DNA from: Camelus ferus | Lineage: Eukaryota | Assembly: GCF_009834535.1 (NCBI RefSeq) | Contig: NC_045698.1 | Coordinates: 3,784,001 to 3,848,000 of the forward strand | Direction: 5' to 3' | DNA length: 64,000 nucleotides | In this document: in pieces, positions 13,661-27,194 of the stretch | Numbering within the stretch: position 1 is the first letter of the stretch | Layout: the number at the start of each line of letters is the position of its first letter | Position numbers and translations under genes: made by a program | Notes under the pieces: model-generated | What the model saw: the letters and a program-made list of their open reading frames with translations, nothing else | Databases searched by the model: none | What the model was told of the DNA's origin: nothing

Positions 13661-14879
13661 TGTTTTGACTGATTATATTTATAAAATGACTTTTCTAGCT
13701 TTCTTATAAGAATGGTTTGCAATTTCTTTAATAGAAATAAAATAGAATCAAATTTTCATTTACCTAAAGAGTAATATTATATGAATTAATACTTCTGAAC
13801 TAATAAAATTTAGTCAACATTTTAATAGTATGATTTTGATATTTTATATGCACCACTGGGTGTTCTAAAGTTAGAAAAATACATCTTCTTGAACCTGGAT
13901 TTACAACTGTCTTCTAACAAATATTTCTGTATTATTAACTCACCCTGACTGCTGGTGATTACTTTATTTCTCTGAAACAATTTGACGATTTAAGTCCCTG
14001 ATCAGCAGTCCCAGACCCCTGTTTCTCCATCTTAGTTAAAGTCTAAATCCCTTGATCTGGGATTCAGACACCACAGGGGCCCTTGGATTTTTTAAACCAG
14101 TTTATTTCCTACCCTTAATTCTAAGACACCTTCAGAACATCTCAGCATCCTTACCAGCTGTCCCCAGACACTGGTTTTGGTGCCTGACAGATGGGCCTTT
14201 AAAACGACATCTGGGTAAAATGGGACGGTTTTTAATCCATGTGAGCCTCATTTTCCATCCGAGGATAACACCCCTCCTGCTGAAGGAAGGGTTGGTTGAG
14301 GACAGGATGGTGAGGCGTGTGTCAGGCATGGTGCTCGGTGCAGAGGGAGTCCTGGGTCACATTAGTTTCACTGCACTGACTATTCTCACCCACTTAGAAG
14401 CTTCCCCACGTTTCCTGCGTTCATCCAAATTTTACCCATTTTTCGAGTCCAGGCAGGCTCCACCATCTCGTAACAGATCCTGCTCCCTTCAGTCCAGAAA
14501 GATCTGTCGTGTTGGTGACATGGGATGTCCTAGTCTTTGTGCCAGAATGCGGCTGAGTGAAGATTTAACACTCGCATTTGAAGTGATGCTCTTCTCTGCA
14601 GTGTCCTTTCCCTGCTCATGTTGTAATTTTCTAAGATGAGAAGGAAGGATTTGCATTTGCCGAGGGAGTGCTGGCCATGGGGCTGGCAGTGTGCCGAGGG
14701 CTCTGCACACGTGTGAGTGTAGTGCAGTGAGGTGAGGCAGAGGATTATCATGGACACACACACGTACACACAAGCACATGCACACATGCACATATATCCT
14801 CATTCCCAGCGCTCCTGACTCTGCAGAGAGAACCTTGTGAAATAATAGTGATGTGGGGATGCTAATTTAGCTGGCTGGG

Positions 14880-15340
14880 GAGGCATCTCAGAGGAGACCA
14901 GTGCTGAGGAAGCTGCAGCCACAGGCAGCACTGAGATGGGGAGCCTGCCAAGCAGAAGGGACAGAGCATGCAAAGGCCCTGAGGTTGGAAGGACCTTGAA
15001 GTTCAGTAGGTGTGAACAGAACTGACAGGCACTTCCTGAGGGGCATGGAGACAGATGGAAGGTGTGTGGACGTGAATTTGATTCTGAATGGGATGGGAGG
15101 GCCGTGGAGGGCAGGAGGACACACTGCCCAATGCTTGCTCTGGAAGACCCCTCGGGTGCTGTGTGGGATGAGCTGAAGGAGCAAGGGGGCAGCTGGTGGT
15201 AACTCCGGGGGTGGTTACAATGTCGGGGATGCTAAGTGAAAGGATACATGGAAGGTAGGTGGGTGTGAGAGCATGCGACCACCAGGATGAGCTTTGGAAT
15301 TTTGTCTGCAGCAGGTGGGTGAACGATGCTGTTTACCAGT
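14880..15340 (-). mobile_element. L2 fragment
   Basis: Contains 'agggacagagcatgcaaaggccctgaggttggaa' and 'tgaatttgattctgaatgggatgggaggg', typical of L2 remnants. Confidence 0.6.
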
Positions 15341-18300
15341 GGAAACCATTGTCTCCCATGTTTGTCAGTTAAATTCTACAGAAGCCATTTGAAAGCAGTA
15401 TGAGGCAGGTGGGTGACGTGGCAGGTTTTACCTGGTAACAATGCTGTCGTGGGTAGGGGAGGAGGCTGAGGGCACTGCTCCCACACCTCAGGTTCCGGGG
15501 GGCGGAGGGGCTGGCTGTACAGGCTAACTGGGGAAGGGAAGAGGACTTGGCTCGCAGTGCTAACACTTTCCCGTCCTGCCCTTTGCCTGCCGGCTGGATG
15601 GGAGTGTGTAGCCATACGATCTGTGTGCCCTTTGACCCACTAGCTTCCCTGGGACAACAGCCTAGCTCACATCTTATCGTCTAGATGTCCCTTTGTCCCT
15701 TCTGTGCCCTGTATAAGGCACACTAATTTGACATAGGACTTCATTTCCCGAGCTCTCTCCTTGTTCCTGAGCAAGGTCCCACCACTCACCTGGGAACAGG
15801 TTGGATGGGAGGTGGGCGAGAAAGAGGGATGACAGATGAGGAAACACAGAGGTGTGAGAGGCTATCTGTTCTCCAAGGCTCTTCCTTGGGAGGGGCTGGA
15901 GCTCTGGGTGGGATTCAGGCCTACGGGGAGTCTGCAGAGATATGGGGCAGACCACTGACCAGGAGCCTGCAGTCTCCCAGTGGCTGCTCATCGCCACCAC
16001 TGGAAAAGCCACCGGCCACCTACCCAGGCTCCACACACAGGTCCAGCCTTCCCTCCATCTCAGCCCATTTTTTCCAGGTGAGTTTCATAGTCAGCTTCTT
16101 TGCAGACAAAAAAGAGATTTGAAACTCCAAGAAAAACTGGGACTTGGGGTCTGGGGACAATCAATTCCATCTTCCCACTGCACGCAGGCCCGCTTGCCCT
16201 GTTAGGACAGAGGGAGGCACGTGGGCCACTTGCGTTTGCAGACAGTGGTTCCAGGCTGTCTTATTTCCCGGCTCTCACGTGGGCAATGAGCATGGATGTC
16301 TGAGGCTGCAGTGGGGCCTCACTGGGGAGCTGGACCTCCTAATTGTGCGCAATTTGCTTAAAGTGTGTTTGCACAGACTTTGAGGATTGTAACTACTTAT
16401 ATAATTTACATCTTATTTCAGGAATGCTATAGCCAATTAAACTGTCTTCAGCATCAGATTCCTGCAGGAAGACATTAGCAGTGACATTTTCACTTGTGCT
16501 CCACAAGTTACTGTGAAAATAATTAGGGCGCTGAAGTGTTTGCTAACAATGTACTAGGTGGGAGAACGGCTGCTATTTCAAGGAATCTCTGCGCTGGTGA
16601 AGTTACTTTTTCCTTTAAGTGTAAAGGATAAATTTTCTCTCGTTGTTTTAAGCTATTAATTCTACGAAGAATAATGGAGATGAAATAAAGGAATTTGGTT
16701 GATTAAAAAAATTCCTACTCTCCAAATCCTTCTCTAGTCTAGGGGCTAGAGCAGCAGCGTCTTTTCTCAGAGGTCCCGTCTCTGCTCCGTCTTTCAGACC
16801 CAAGGAGGGGAATGAGTCCATATGACCCAGGAGCCCACGTGACTCACAGCAGTGGCTCCCGTGGCCATGTGTCTGGTGGTCCTTGAAACGTGCATTCTTT
16901 ATAAGGTGACTTGTTCCCTAAAGGAAGAGGTGCTGTTAGCTTGTCTGAAGACATTCTGAAGAGGAAGAGTGTAGACTCTGGCACCTATAGGAAGCTTTAT
17001 GGCTGCGATCTATAAGAGAATTTCCCATCACTGGCTAACCCTGAACTGAATGAGAAGCGAAAACACACTTCATCCGTGGTTCCCTGACCTCATCACACTG
17101 GTCCACTGAGTCCGCAGAGGCCCTGCCTAGCGTCACCCTTTCTGTTTGCTCAGTGTGTTAAAGAAGCGTGCAGGCTTTCTCTGCATACGTTCTGCAACCT
17201 TGAACGATAAACGGTGATAACCTATGACAACCTCGAAACTTAAATGGCACCGGCATTCACGTGTGGTCTTGGACGCACACTCTCTCTGTGGGTGTGGTGC
17301 TGTATTACTGCTCACGTTCAGAGAAACCTCCTTCCCCCAGGAATCACACACAGTCTTCTGGAATTGCCCTTTTCTTCCCACAACTGCCCGTCTCACTAAG
17401 AGTGCTGCTGCAGGAGGAATATTTGGCTTGGCACCTTGTGAGTGGACAGAGGACAGGGTTTTCTCAAAGTTTATAATTGTAAGGCCTGTCTGCTCTTGTG
17501 GACACAGGAGAAAAAAAAAAAAAAAGCAAGGAAAGGACTTTTGTGAGTGTGGTGCCCTGAGGGCTCAGATTCCATCTGACCCCACTTAACCCCATCACCT
17601 GCCCCTCACACGGGGTGATCCATGGGCTGAGACCTTCCACCAAGGCTGTCCTTTGAAGTGTGGGGAGACCAGACAACCTTTCCTACGCTCATCAGCACCA
17701 GAGGCGTGGACGGGTCCCTGGGCATGTGAGTCATGCCACGTTTTCTTCCCACTGCAGGTGTTCATGGCATCTGGGGCTATGATGTGACCAGGGGTCTAGC
17801 CGAGCTTGCGTATCTCTGAGTCCAGGTGTAAGGGGGGTGGTAGCACTGCAGAGTGGTACCAATAGGGCAAATGTGTATTTGCCTTTAGCCTGGAGGATGA
17901 CAAGACATTCCACCTGCAGTCCTCGTTGGAAACAAACCGGAGCTCATTTCTAGGCCCAGTGGCCTCATGAAGGACTCAAGCCCTCACACCCCTGGAGCAC
18001 CATCAGTCAGGTCTCAGCTGCCCCAGGACGCCCGCGGGCATCCCTGACTGCATGCAGCATCCAAGGCAGTAACTGGTGACTTGGGGCAAGATCTCCTCTC
18101 TGTCTTCCTACACATGCTGATGTGGATCCACTGGGTCCCTCCTGAGAGCTTCCATCAGCTGAGCTGCAGCAGGTGCAGAAAAGAGCTCCTGCTCCCTGGT
18201 CTTCCCAGGTGGCAGCCCCCTGAGGACCTCCAAGGGACAGAGGGCCGCGCAGGCCCAGAGGGCATAGGGAATCTACATCTCCTCTTATTACCACACCTTT

Positions 18301-19542
18301 TGGACACTTCAGGGCTCCTCCCAGAGAATCTGAACATTGACATGAGGTTCTGGGTGAGAGTGAATCTCGGTCCATGCCCAGCCCGTATTCCATTCCCATC
18401 GTGAAGAAGACTTTCCGTGTCTTCTCTAAGGAACGGCAGCGGCTGTATGACGGCCCCTGTGAGAGCGCCAGTCTCTGGTTCACTTGGTTAGCTGAATGGC
18501 ATTTGGACACCACATATATCGTAGCAGACTCCAAAGGGCCTCGGAGGTAGAAGGTGTTGTATTTATCTGTATTGGAAGTTAAGTGAGCCTGGGAGTAAGC
18601 TTTCACAGTCCTTCGGTCTCTCCTTGAGAGCAGTGTATCAGCAGGGGCTGACTGGCTGTGGAGCTGGAGCAGGTTTGGAAGGAGCAGCGCTCCCACTGGA
18701 CTGAGAACCTTCCTCTTGACCAACACAAGCTCGCATGAGGAGGTGGACCTGCAGAAAATGTGCCCTGACTGTGAGAGGGTGACACCACCCTGGGTATATT
18801 GAGAACATGTTTATGGACAGAAATAAATGAAGGCGATGTCTACGGTGGAGAAAAGAAGACACACCAACAGGTTTTATGACCAAGGAAAAAGAAGGGACAG
18901 GCGTTCAGAGTTATGGAGACCCCCTGATTGCTAAGAGTTGGCAGGGCGTCTTTGGTCAGTTGTGTCATTTAGTCCTCCCAGTGGCACCAGGAGGCAGATG
19001 GGGGAAGCTCCACACCCGAGGCTCAGGAGAGTCTGGTGAGGTGCCCAAGTTCATACAGGCAGTGACTAGAGGGGCTCCTGCAACTCCGGACTGGGTCACT
19101 CATTTACCTGTTCCAGAAGCCACATCCCAGGGGCTGCAGCCCAGTGCCCCTGCCCCCGGGCTGGCAGGACCGCAGGGGCAGCCGTGTTTCATGCACAGGA
19201 ATTAGGGGGACTCCCTTGCCTTTGAATCAGGGGTCTCAACCCTGACAGTCTATCTCCTGGGAGTTGGACAGCCGTCTGGATTCATGGGCAGACATGCCTG
19301 GGGTCCCTCCCTTTCTGCTGGCCAGGCCAGGGTGTCTTGTGTGGGAACCTTGAGAGCTGAGACTCTCCATTCAGGTCCTTTCAGTGCACGTGAGTGGACA
19401 TCCTGAGCATTTGTGGAGCGCCTTGGGTGTGCAGTGTGCTGCATCAGGCTTGAAGACTTTCTCGCCACCACTCTGCCCTTCCACCTTGTCAGGTGGCAGT
19501 CCTGCCGTCAGTATTGCCGTCAAGAAAGAGGGTAACACCAGC

Positions 19543-19866
19543 ACAGCTGGCCCTCTGTATCCGTGGGTTCTGCTTCCCCAGATTCTGCATCCATGGAGTC
19601 AATCAACGTTGGACTGAAAATATATGAAACAATTCCAGGAAGTTCCAGAAGTCAAAACTTCAGTTTGCTGCGTGCTGGCAACTATTTACATAGCATTTCC
19701 ATTGCATTAGGCATTATAAGTAATCTAGAGATGACTTAATGTAGGCAGGAAGGTGTGTGGAGGTTACATGCAAATACCACACCGTTTTACATAAGGGATG
19801 TGAGCATCCGTGGGCGCCCGTGCTGGTCCTGGAACCGGGACTCTGACGATGCTGAGGGATGCCTGT
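19543..19866. mobile_element. MER2 (TcMar-Tigger non-autonomous DNA transposon)
   Basis: Runs 'cagctggccctctgtatccgtgggttctgc...aactatttacatagcattt..attaggcattataagtaatctagagatg...tgagggatgcctg'. The ends are approximately inverted. Confidence 0.9.
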
Positions 19867-20959
19867 GCCTAATATTCAGATAGTTTGCAGTTTACCAGAT
19901 GCTTTCCTGACTGCTCTCTTTGATATAAAACCTTCCTTACATTCTGACCCAAAATCATCCTTCAGGATGATTGGTGACTTGGGTCTAAAAAATGATCTAT
20001 AGGTAAAAACTAGACAGGGTTTTAGGGTTGGGAGCAGAACTCTTTAAAAATGTGAAGGTTTTTGATTGCTTGTGATCAATAAATGGAATTTATAGGGCTG
20101 AGTTTTGGAAAACAGTATTTACCAAATCACCATCTTTGCTTTGGGAAATTGGGCTTTCTCTTTTCCTTCATATCAAAACGCACAGAAAGGACAGGCCTTG
20201 AAAGGACAATGAACCAGCAGACGAAGCACATAAAGCAGAAAGGAGATTTTGCAGCAAAGGCTATTTTGGGAATTTTGTTGTTTTCCTTTGTGAGGGTAAT
20301 TTATCATTTCTTCCTCTCTCTCTTTTTGTGCACAGCGTTTTGTTAAATGGCATTTTGGTAAATTGCCAGCTTCAAATGTGATTAGGAAGTGATTGTTCTG
20401 AATTATAAGCAGCCAAACACCTTTGTTTTGCAAGAGACACATGAATGATGAAGAACCAGTTATTGTTGATCAGTAATTATGGCCAACATCAATTTGCAGT
20501 CCTGCCTTGGCTCTGGGAGAATGTCCACCATGGAAGAGCATGTCCTGTGTGTCTGCATGCACTCCCACATTCTACCTACCCCCTCCATCTCTGTAAATAC
20601 TCCAGAGCCGAGGAAGCAGAGATCAGAGACGCAGGCCGATGGAAGACTTTCCTGTCTCCTTGAGAGGAGCCAGACTCTTGACTGTGCTGCCCGGAGCTCT
20701 CTCCGAGGCCATTAGGACATGCACAGACCCCGGGTTCTGTGAGTCCCACCTAGAGGGCTTCTGTCTGAGCACTCTCCCAGGTCAAGGAGCTACACAGTTT
20801 GGCCACACTGGGAAGACTGTGCAATCAATTGCTTCTGTTATCTTCTCCTCAAATGGAAATAAGGCTGCCACTGGTTGTCCAGAGATGCCCGTGTGTGAAT
20901 GAGAAAAACAATTTCTAGCACCAGGCACACAGCCTGTGCATGTACAGACTGCAGACCTA

Positions 20960-21345
20960 AATGAGCCTGGTGGATGCTGTGATGCGTGCTCAGATACCCA
21001 GAGCCCCTTCTGGAATGAGGGACCTCCCATCTCAGGTGCTGAGTATGTTGCTGGGAGACAGCCCCCAGGCTGCCTCACCAGAGAGAACTGCCTCGCCCAA
21101 GAACACACCCATTCTTATGGTGACCTGTATTCAAGGGCTACAGGATGTCCCAAGTTCGGAAGGCCACTCCCAGCTGCAGGGTTCCCCACAGGTGGGTGGG
21201 GCCTTCCACAGAGACTGCATCACATCCTAGTTTCTCCTTCAGCCTGTTTCTTCCCACAGGTCATGGCTGTAGGAACGGTCACTAATAATCCACTTGTGTG
21301 CTGATCTCCATCCAGAGCCACTTCTGGCAAACCCAGCCTGCAACA
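20960..21345 (+). mobile_element. ERVL LTR16/LTR33-like solo LTR
   Basis: Contains 'aactgcctcgcccaag' and a 3' end 'atctccatccagagccacttctggcaaacccagcctgcaaca'. Confidence 0.55.
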
Positions 21346-22827
21346 ATGGTTGGTTCTCATCTGTTATCCAAAAGCAGCTTCGTGATATTTGCAAAGAGCT
21401 AGTTTGATCGTGTCATCCCTTACTTGGCATCTTTCACTGGTTGATCTTTGTTCCTAGGAATGAACAACCCCCTCCTTCAGGTGGCTGTTAAGTAGTTTGA
21501 TCAAATACGCCATCCAAACTGGGACAGTTTGGGAAGCACAAGAGAGAACAAAAAATAATTAACCTACATGATTTCAAAATGTTTATTAGCTGAATGACAG
21601 CTGATTTTATTACATGGATGAACCTCTAAAACAAGTCTATTAAACAACTATTAAAATTGGTCTAAATATTAATATAGCAGGCTCACCAAGGGGAAATTTA
21701 ACCTTCATATTGATGATCAGAACATTACAATAACATTGGCAGGATAATTATTTTGGCACATATTCACAACTTCTGTCAGTCATCTAGTATGTTTGTCTTT
21801 AATATTAGGTGACTGACATTATTGTGTACAGTTTTTTAAAACATGGCCTTATTTTTTTGTAATATTTAAAAAATGAGCTGCACTATTACAGAGCTGCATT
21901 TTATGGTTAGTGAATGTGAGGTCACTGATGTCTTTAGCTGGCTCTTCTCTGAAGCCATCGCGTTTTTAACTGAGAAACTATTCTTCCTGGGGATGCTGGT
22001 ACACCTGGTAAGCTCAGAGCAAGTTCCTCAACAAAGGGGAGAATTCTCAATTCTAATTTTAAATACATAAATGTTTCAGGTCAAATACCTTCAAAATTTC
22101 TGACTTTCTTCCTCCATTCAGAGTACTATTCTTTAATAAATATTTTAAATGACAAAATTTGTTAAATTGTCCTTATTTATGAATCTTTTAAATAGTTCAC
22201 CAAATTTTGATATTGAAAATCATAGGTTTCCATTTCATCCCATTCTGGTGCTAAATATACATTTATGAAATTAAAAGTTCCATCAAAAATCCTTCACAAA
22301 ACCTGAGACATAAAACATCAAAATTATATTTTGAGCACCATATGAACTCTCATCTTTTAATCGGTTTAGTTGCTTAATTCCTCTTTATGATGAAATTTCA
22401 TTGTCTTTTTTTTTCTAAACTAGCTTTGTTTTAGATAATTTAAATTTGCTAAAAGTTTCAAAAACTGGGATTTTCTTGCCTTACACCATTAAATACTCTC
22501 AGACATGGGAATTTTCAATTTTGTTCAGAGAACTTCAAAACATTCAGTCTTTTTGCAGGACACTGGTGATTTACAAACACAGTGCTTCAAAGGAACCAGT
22601 CTCTTTTTTGAAAACTTTTTGTTGATGCGTGTCATATTTAAAGTACGTAAATTTTAATGTGTGCAGCTTAATCTTGATAATTTTAAAAAATAATTAATGT
22701 ACCTGTATAAACACCACCCAGATAAGGATTCAGAGTATTTCCACTCCCCACGCCCACTTCCCACGTCCCATGCCTCTCCCCGTCAACATTCCCGCAGCGG
22801 CGTCCCTTATTTGATCTCTGATCCCAC

Positions 22828-23296
22828 ATGGTGGGCAGAAGAGTGGCTCCCAATGATGTCCACATCATAATTCCCTGGAGTCTGTAAAAATGTGTGCTAC
22901 ATGGCAAAGGGGGATTAAGACTGCAGATGGAATTGAGGTTGCTAATCAGCTGACCTTGCCACAGGGAGATTCCCTGGACTCTCCCGTAGGCCCCAGTGCA
23001 TCACAAAGGTCCTTAGTTGTGATGACTGAGGCAGAAGGTCAGAGTTAGCAGTGCCATGTGAGAAAGCTTTGAAGACAGACAAGGAAGGGGCTGGAAGCCA
23101 GGAAGTGCAGGCAGTGTCTGAGACCTAGAAGAAAATGGATTCTCCCCTAGAGCCTGCAGGAAGGATTGCAGCTCTCACAACAACTTGACTTTTATCCAAG
23201 GGAGACCCATTAGATCCCTGATCTCTAAGATTTGTGTTATGTTAAGTCACCAAATTTGCAATAATTTATTGCAGCAACAATAGAAAACGGATATAC
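22828..23296 (+). mobile_element. MLT1D-like solo LTR
   Basis: Contains 'gatgtccacatcataattccctgga', 'gcagatggaattgaggttgctaatcagctgacctt', and the end 'gcagcaacaatagaaaac'. Confidence 0.9.
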
Positions 23297-23297
23297 C

Positions 23298-23643
23298 CTG
23301 TCTTAAGTCAGTTTGGGCTGTTATAACAGAATAACACAGATGGGGTGGCTTAAAAACAAGCATTCATTTCTCACAGTTCTGCAGACTGGGCACCCCGAGA
23401 TCAAGGTGCTGACAGGTTCGGTGTCTGGTGAGAGTCTACTTCCTGATTCATAGGTGGCTGTCTTCTCACTGTGTCCTCAGGTGGTGAAAGTAGGGGGAGC
23501 TCTCTGGGGTCTCCTTATCAGGGCATCAATCCCATGATGAGGGCTCCACCCTCATGGCCTACTCACTTCCAAAGGCCCCACCTCCTAGCACCTAACAGTG
23601 GGGATTAAGCTTCCACATGTCACAAACATAAAGCCCATTACAC
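23298..23643 (-). mobile_element. MLT1A/MST-like solo LTR
   Basis: Runs 'tgtcttaagtcagtttgggctgttataacagaata...atttctcacagttctg...gagatcaaggtgctgacaggttcggtgtctggtgag'. Confidence 0.9.
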
Positions 23644-23689
23644 ACTCCATATATTAAATTGATCTGCCTTTGCAACCTTGTTGTTTTTG

Positions 23690-24780
23690 CTTTCTTATAT
23701 AACAAAGTGAAACATACACATTATGCGCTTACATTTAGTAAGTGTTAGCAATGGTACAGGCACCTATGTAACCAACATCCCCATCAGACAAAGACCAGTT
23801 CCCATTTCCCAGAAAGTTCCCTCGAGCTGCTTCCCAGTGCATCCCCAACTCCATCTCCAGAGAGACCACTGCTCTGATTTCTATCACCATGACTTAGACT
23901 GCCTGCTACTGAACTCCATATAAACGGAGTCATAAGTCATACGTGTGTATTCTTTTATGTCTGACTTCTTTTGCTTAGCATATTTTATCTAATCTCTGGT
24001 TGGTAGACATTGGATGGTTTCCAATTTGGGGCTATAATGAATAAAACTCCTATGAATATTATTTTACAAAGCATTTTCTTGTCACAGCCTAGTATTTCTC
24101 TTAGATACATGCCGTGGAGTGGAGTTGCTGGGCTGCATCATAAACGTATGCTTAACCTTATAAGGAACTTCCTATCTATTTCTCAAAGTGAGTGTACATT
24201 GCATGTATGAGAGCTCTAGTTGCTCCTAGTTCATAAGACCGATTGTCAGTCATTTAATTACCACCGTTCTAGCGGGTATGGAGCGGCACCTCACGGTGAT
24301 TTTAACATGCCTGTCTTTTGTGACAAATGATGTAGAGTTCTTTTTCATGTGTTCACAGACCAGCATGTATTTTCTTTGGTGAGTTGTCCATTCAAATATC
24401 TTGCCTACTTTTAAGATCAGGGTGTTTGTTTTTATTATTGATTTGCTGGAGTTAAAAAAAAGAACACACTCTGGACACACGTCTGCTGTCAGACACACAC
24501 GTATTTTGAATATCTTCCCTTGCTATGTCTTACCTTTTCCTTAACTGTGTCTTCTGAAGTTCATAAATTAATAGTAGTAATGAAGTCCAATTTATCATTT
24601 TTGTCTTTTTCGGTTAGTGCTTTTGTGTCCATAGTTATTATGAAGATGAAAGCTTACATTTTGCTCTAGAAGCTCTGTGGTTTTAGCTTTATGTTCAAGT
24701 CTATAAGCCACCTTGCATTAACTGTTTTATGTAGCATGATACAGCAGTCAAGGGTTATTTATTTCTATTTCCCTGGCTAT
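23690..24780 (-). mobile_element. old L1M fragment (a related piece lies at ~22610-22825)
   Basis: Contains 'ggatggtttccaatttggggctataatgaataaa', 'catgtgttcacagaccagcatgtattttctttggtgag' and 'atgaagtccaatttatca'. Confidence 0.85.
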
Positions 24781-27194
24781 CTAGCACTTTTTCACATTTA
24801 CTGTCATCCTTAACCAGAAGATATATGGTTTAGTTGCTCTGTGCATATATTAAAATTTTTTACGTCTAATAATTAAGCTCCTGTTTTGACCAGTAAACTA
24901 TCTCAGCCAGCTTGAATGCAGTTATGAATTATGGATGCATTATAATCAATTTGAAAGTGAAATTCTGATTCATGGATTTTTATTTCAGTAAGAATTTTGC
25001 TTTTGCCATATTTTGTTCCACCAAAATTTGTATTCACATCATTACACAAAAATAATTATATGTTCAGTGTTAAACTTGTAACTGAATATACCAGAACATT
25101 AATAATAATGTTTCACCTTCATCAAAATAAACTTCCAAAAGCTTTTCGGTGACTCCATGGATTGCGTAAAATATTTAACAATTATTGTAGTTACCTTGTT
25201 TTCTATTTGAAGCATCTGGTGAAACTGATAAAAAAAGAAAAAAAACTGCATCATTTAACTGTAAAGGTTTTCTGTCACGGAGCCAGCAAACAGATACTTC
25301 TTCACTTTTTGCCCACGCACAAGAAAACTTGGAACTGAGATTGGGAAATATTAATTTAAAGAACAGCCATTTGATTTAAAGTCAAGCTACTCAGAGTGAA
25401 AAGTAACTTCTGCAGCTTTTCTGCAGCTGCTTGTGTTAAGTTGTCCCCTTCAGGCATCATCTTGTCAAAATCCCTGATACTCTCCAGGAGGATTTTGTCT
25501 TTGACTTTTGTGTGGGCTGCGATGTCCCTGTGTCCTTCATGGGCACGTGGATGATAGATATTGGCAGACATGCAGTGCATGGTTCACATTTACTATCCAC
25601 GTTCTTGAAAAATAAGAAATTTTCACCAAACATGTACCTTTATTTTTTAGCTCTTTGCTGCTGAATGTGTTTAATGAAAAAAGTCAAATAAAATAAGCAG
25701 CTAATTGTGGAGTTTTATAAAAGATGGGGGAGCTGCAGCAGCAAGAGCGTTCAGATGCTCTGGGTCATGTGTTCTGCCTCTTCCTGCACCCCTCGTCTGT
25801 GATTTCCCACATTCACCACTCACCTGCTGGCGGTAGGCTGGTGACAGGATGCATCCTGCAAGCTTGGGCAAGCATGTGACGAGTAAATTGGCGAGTTAAA
25901 TCAGTGGACGGCAGGAGCAGCAGGTTTACAAACATTCCTATAGTGAGGAGAGAAGGACTCAGCTACCCCTGGTTGCCTGTATCTAAGCATTGTCATCAAG
26001 TGCCCTGCAGGCTGCCCTTGAGAGGAAGGCCGGCAAATCTCACGCGCACTTTGGCTACGCCACGCTCACAGCCGCAACCATAAAGAAGAGCAGTACAGAG
26101 CACTTTTTACTTTATTTTGGTGCAACCAGCAATACAGATACTTTGCTAAACCCTGTAAAAGTTGAGACAAACACTGAATCAAATGGGAAGACAGAGCAAT
26201 GGCCGTGGTCAGGACTTTCCCTCTCTAAGTGGGACACATGGCGACCCTACGTTGTCATGCTGCAGTTCCTGGCCCCTGCTGACACTTCATTCACCTCCTG
26301 ATACAAACGCTCGTCACCCAGTTACCGGGACCTTCATGTAAGCATGTGATTCATGCTCGCCTGCACTGCTAGCCTTCAGCTCTGCAGGCACAGTGATCGC
26401 AGTGGGTCTGATTCACCACCGGGTCCCTGTGCCTGGCAGGTGGAGGATGCTAAGTCCCGTTTGTTGAATGAATCGGAGTCATGAGAAGCAAAGATGCAGG
26501 AGGAGAGCATCTCCTCTCTGGGCTCGCAGGAGAGAAGGCCCCCCCCCCCCCCGGAGAGCTGCGTGCAGTACACTTTGAGGGCGGAGGCAAGATGAACTTG
26601 CAGGTGTGTTCCAGGGACCAAGAGACATATGTACTGAATGTCTGATGTTGTTTAACTATTCTTTTTAGCTACTTCACTTCCACTTATTATTTGGTGATCA
26701 CATTACATGAGTAATACTGAGTGCAGAGTGTGAGGTTCAAGGGGAAAATTGCTTCAAGAATAATCTAAATCCACCAGCCGCTTCTCTCCTATATCCCAAC
26801 ACACACACACACACACACCTGGCAGCGGGATGACATTCCAGACATAATTTCAATAGATTTAATTACCACAAACTCTTTTCAAATTACACATACAGGTATA
26901 AATATATGTATATAAACATATATGTATGTTTTCAAGTAAAGTTACTATGTGCTGCGGCAACAAATTCACTCAAATCCCACAAAATCAGATGTGGGCTTTG
27001 GGGACTGTATCTATTTGGGGAGGTACATAGCTTTGCCAGCCTTCAAAATATCTGTACCCCAAGTTTCAAACATCCACATGCTTTTCTAGGCCAGGATCAC
27101 GGTTCACGTGGCAACAAAATTGCTGTGAAGACTCAGTGAACCGCTGGTCTGTTTTTTGTGGACATGTTCTCACTTCCTTTCTAGACTGGCCGAG

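Larger units (their letters stand above)
21493..26249 (-). mobile_element. hAT-Blackjack-type DNA transposon fossil interrupted by L1 and MaLR insertions
   Basis: The right end 'gggacacatggcgacccta' is the reverse complement of a TAGGGT..CCA-type TIR. The left end is the degenerate 'tagtttgatcaaata..catccaaactgggaca'. Minus-strand ORF 25356-25580 (HEGHRDIAAHTK...LTQAAAE) resembles a transposase N-terminus. Confidence 0.65.

Noticed and set aside
14052..14639. 195-aa plus-strand ORF
   Set aside because: It has a non-ATG start, crosses a MIR-like remnant (~14240-14360) and has no recognisable homology.
18007..18726. Longest ORF (239 aa, minus strand)
   Set aside because: It has a non-ATG start, no recognisable domain, a composition typical of random GC-rich DNA and no supporting exon structure.
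19953..19972. Short palindrome aatcatcct-tc-aggatgatt
   Set aside because: 9-bp arms are expected by chance in 64 kb, and there is no supporting context.
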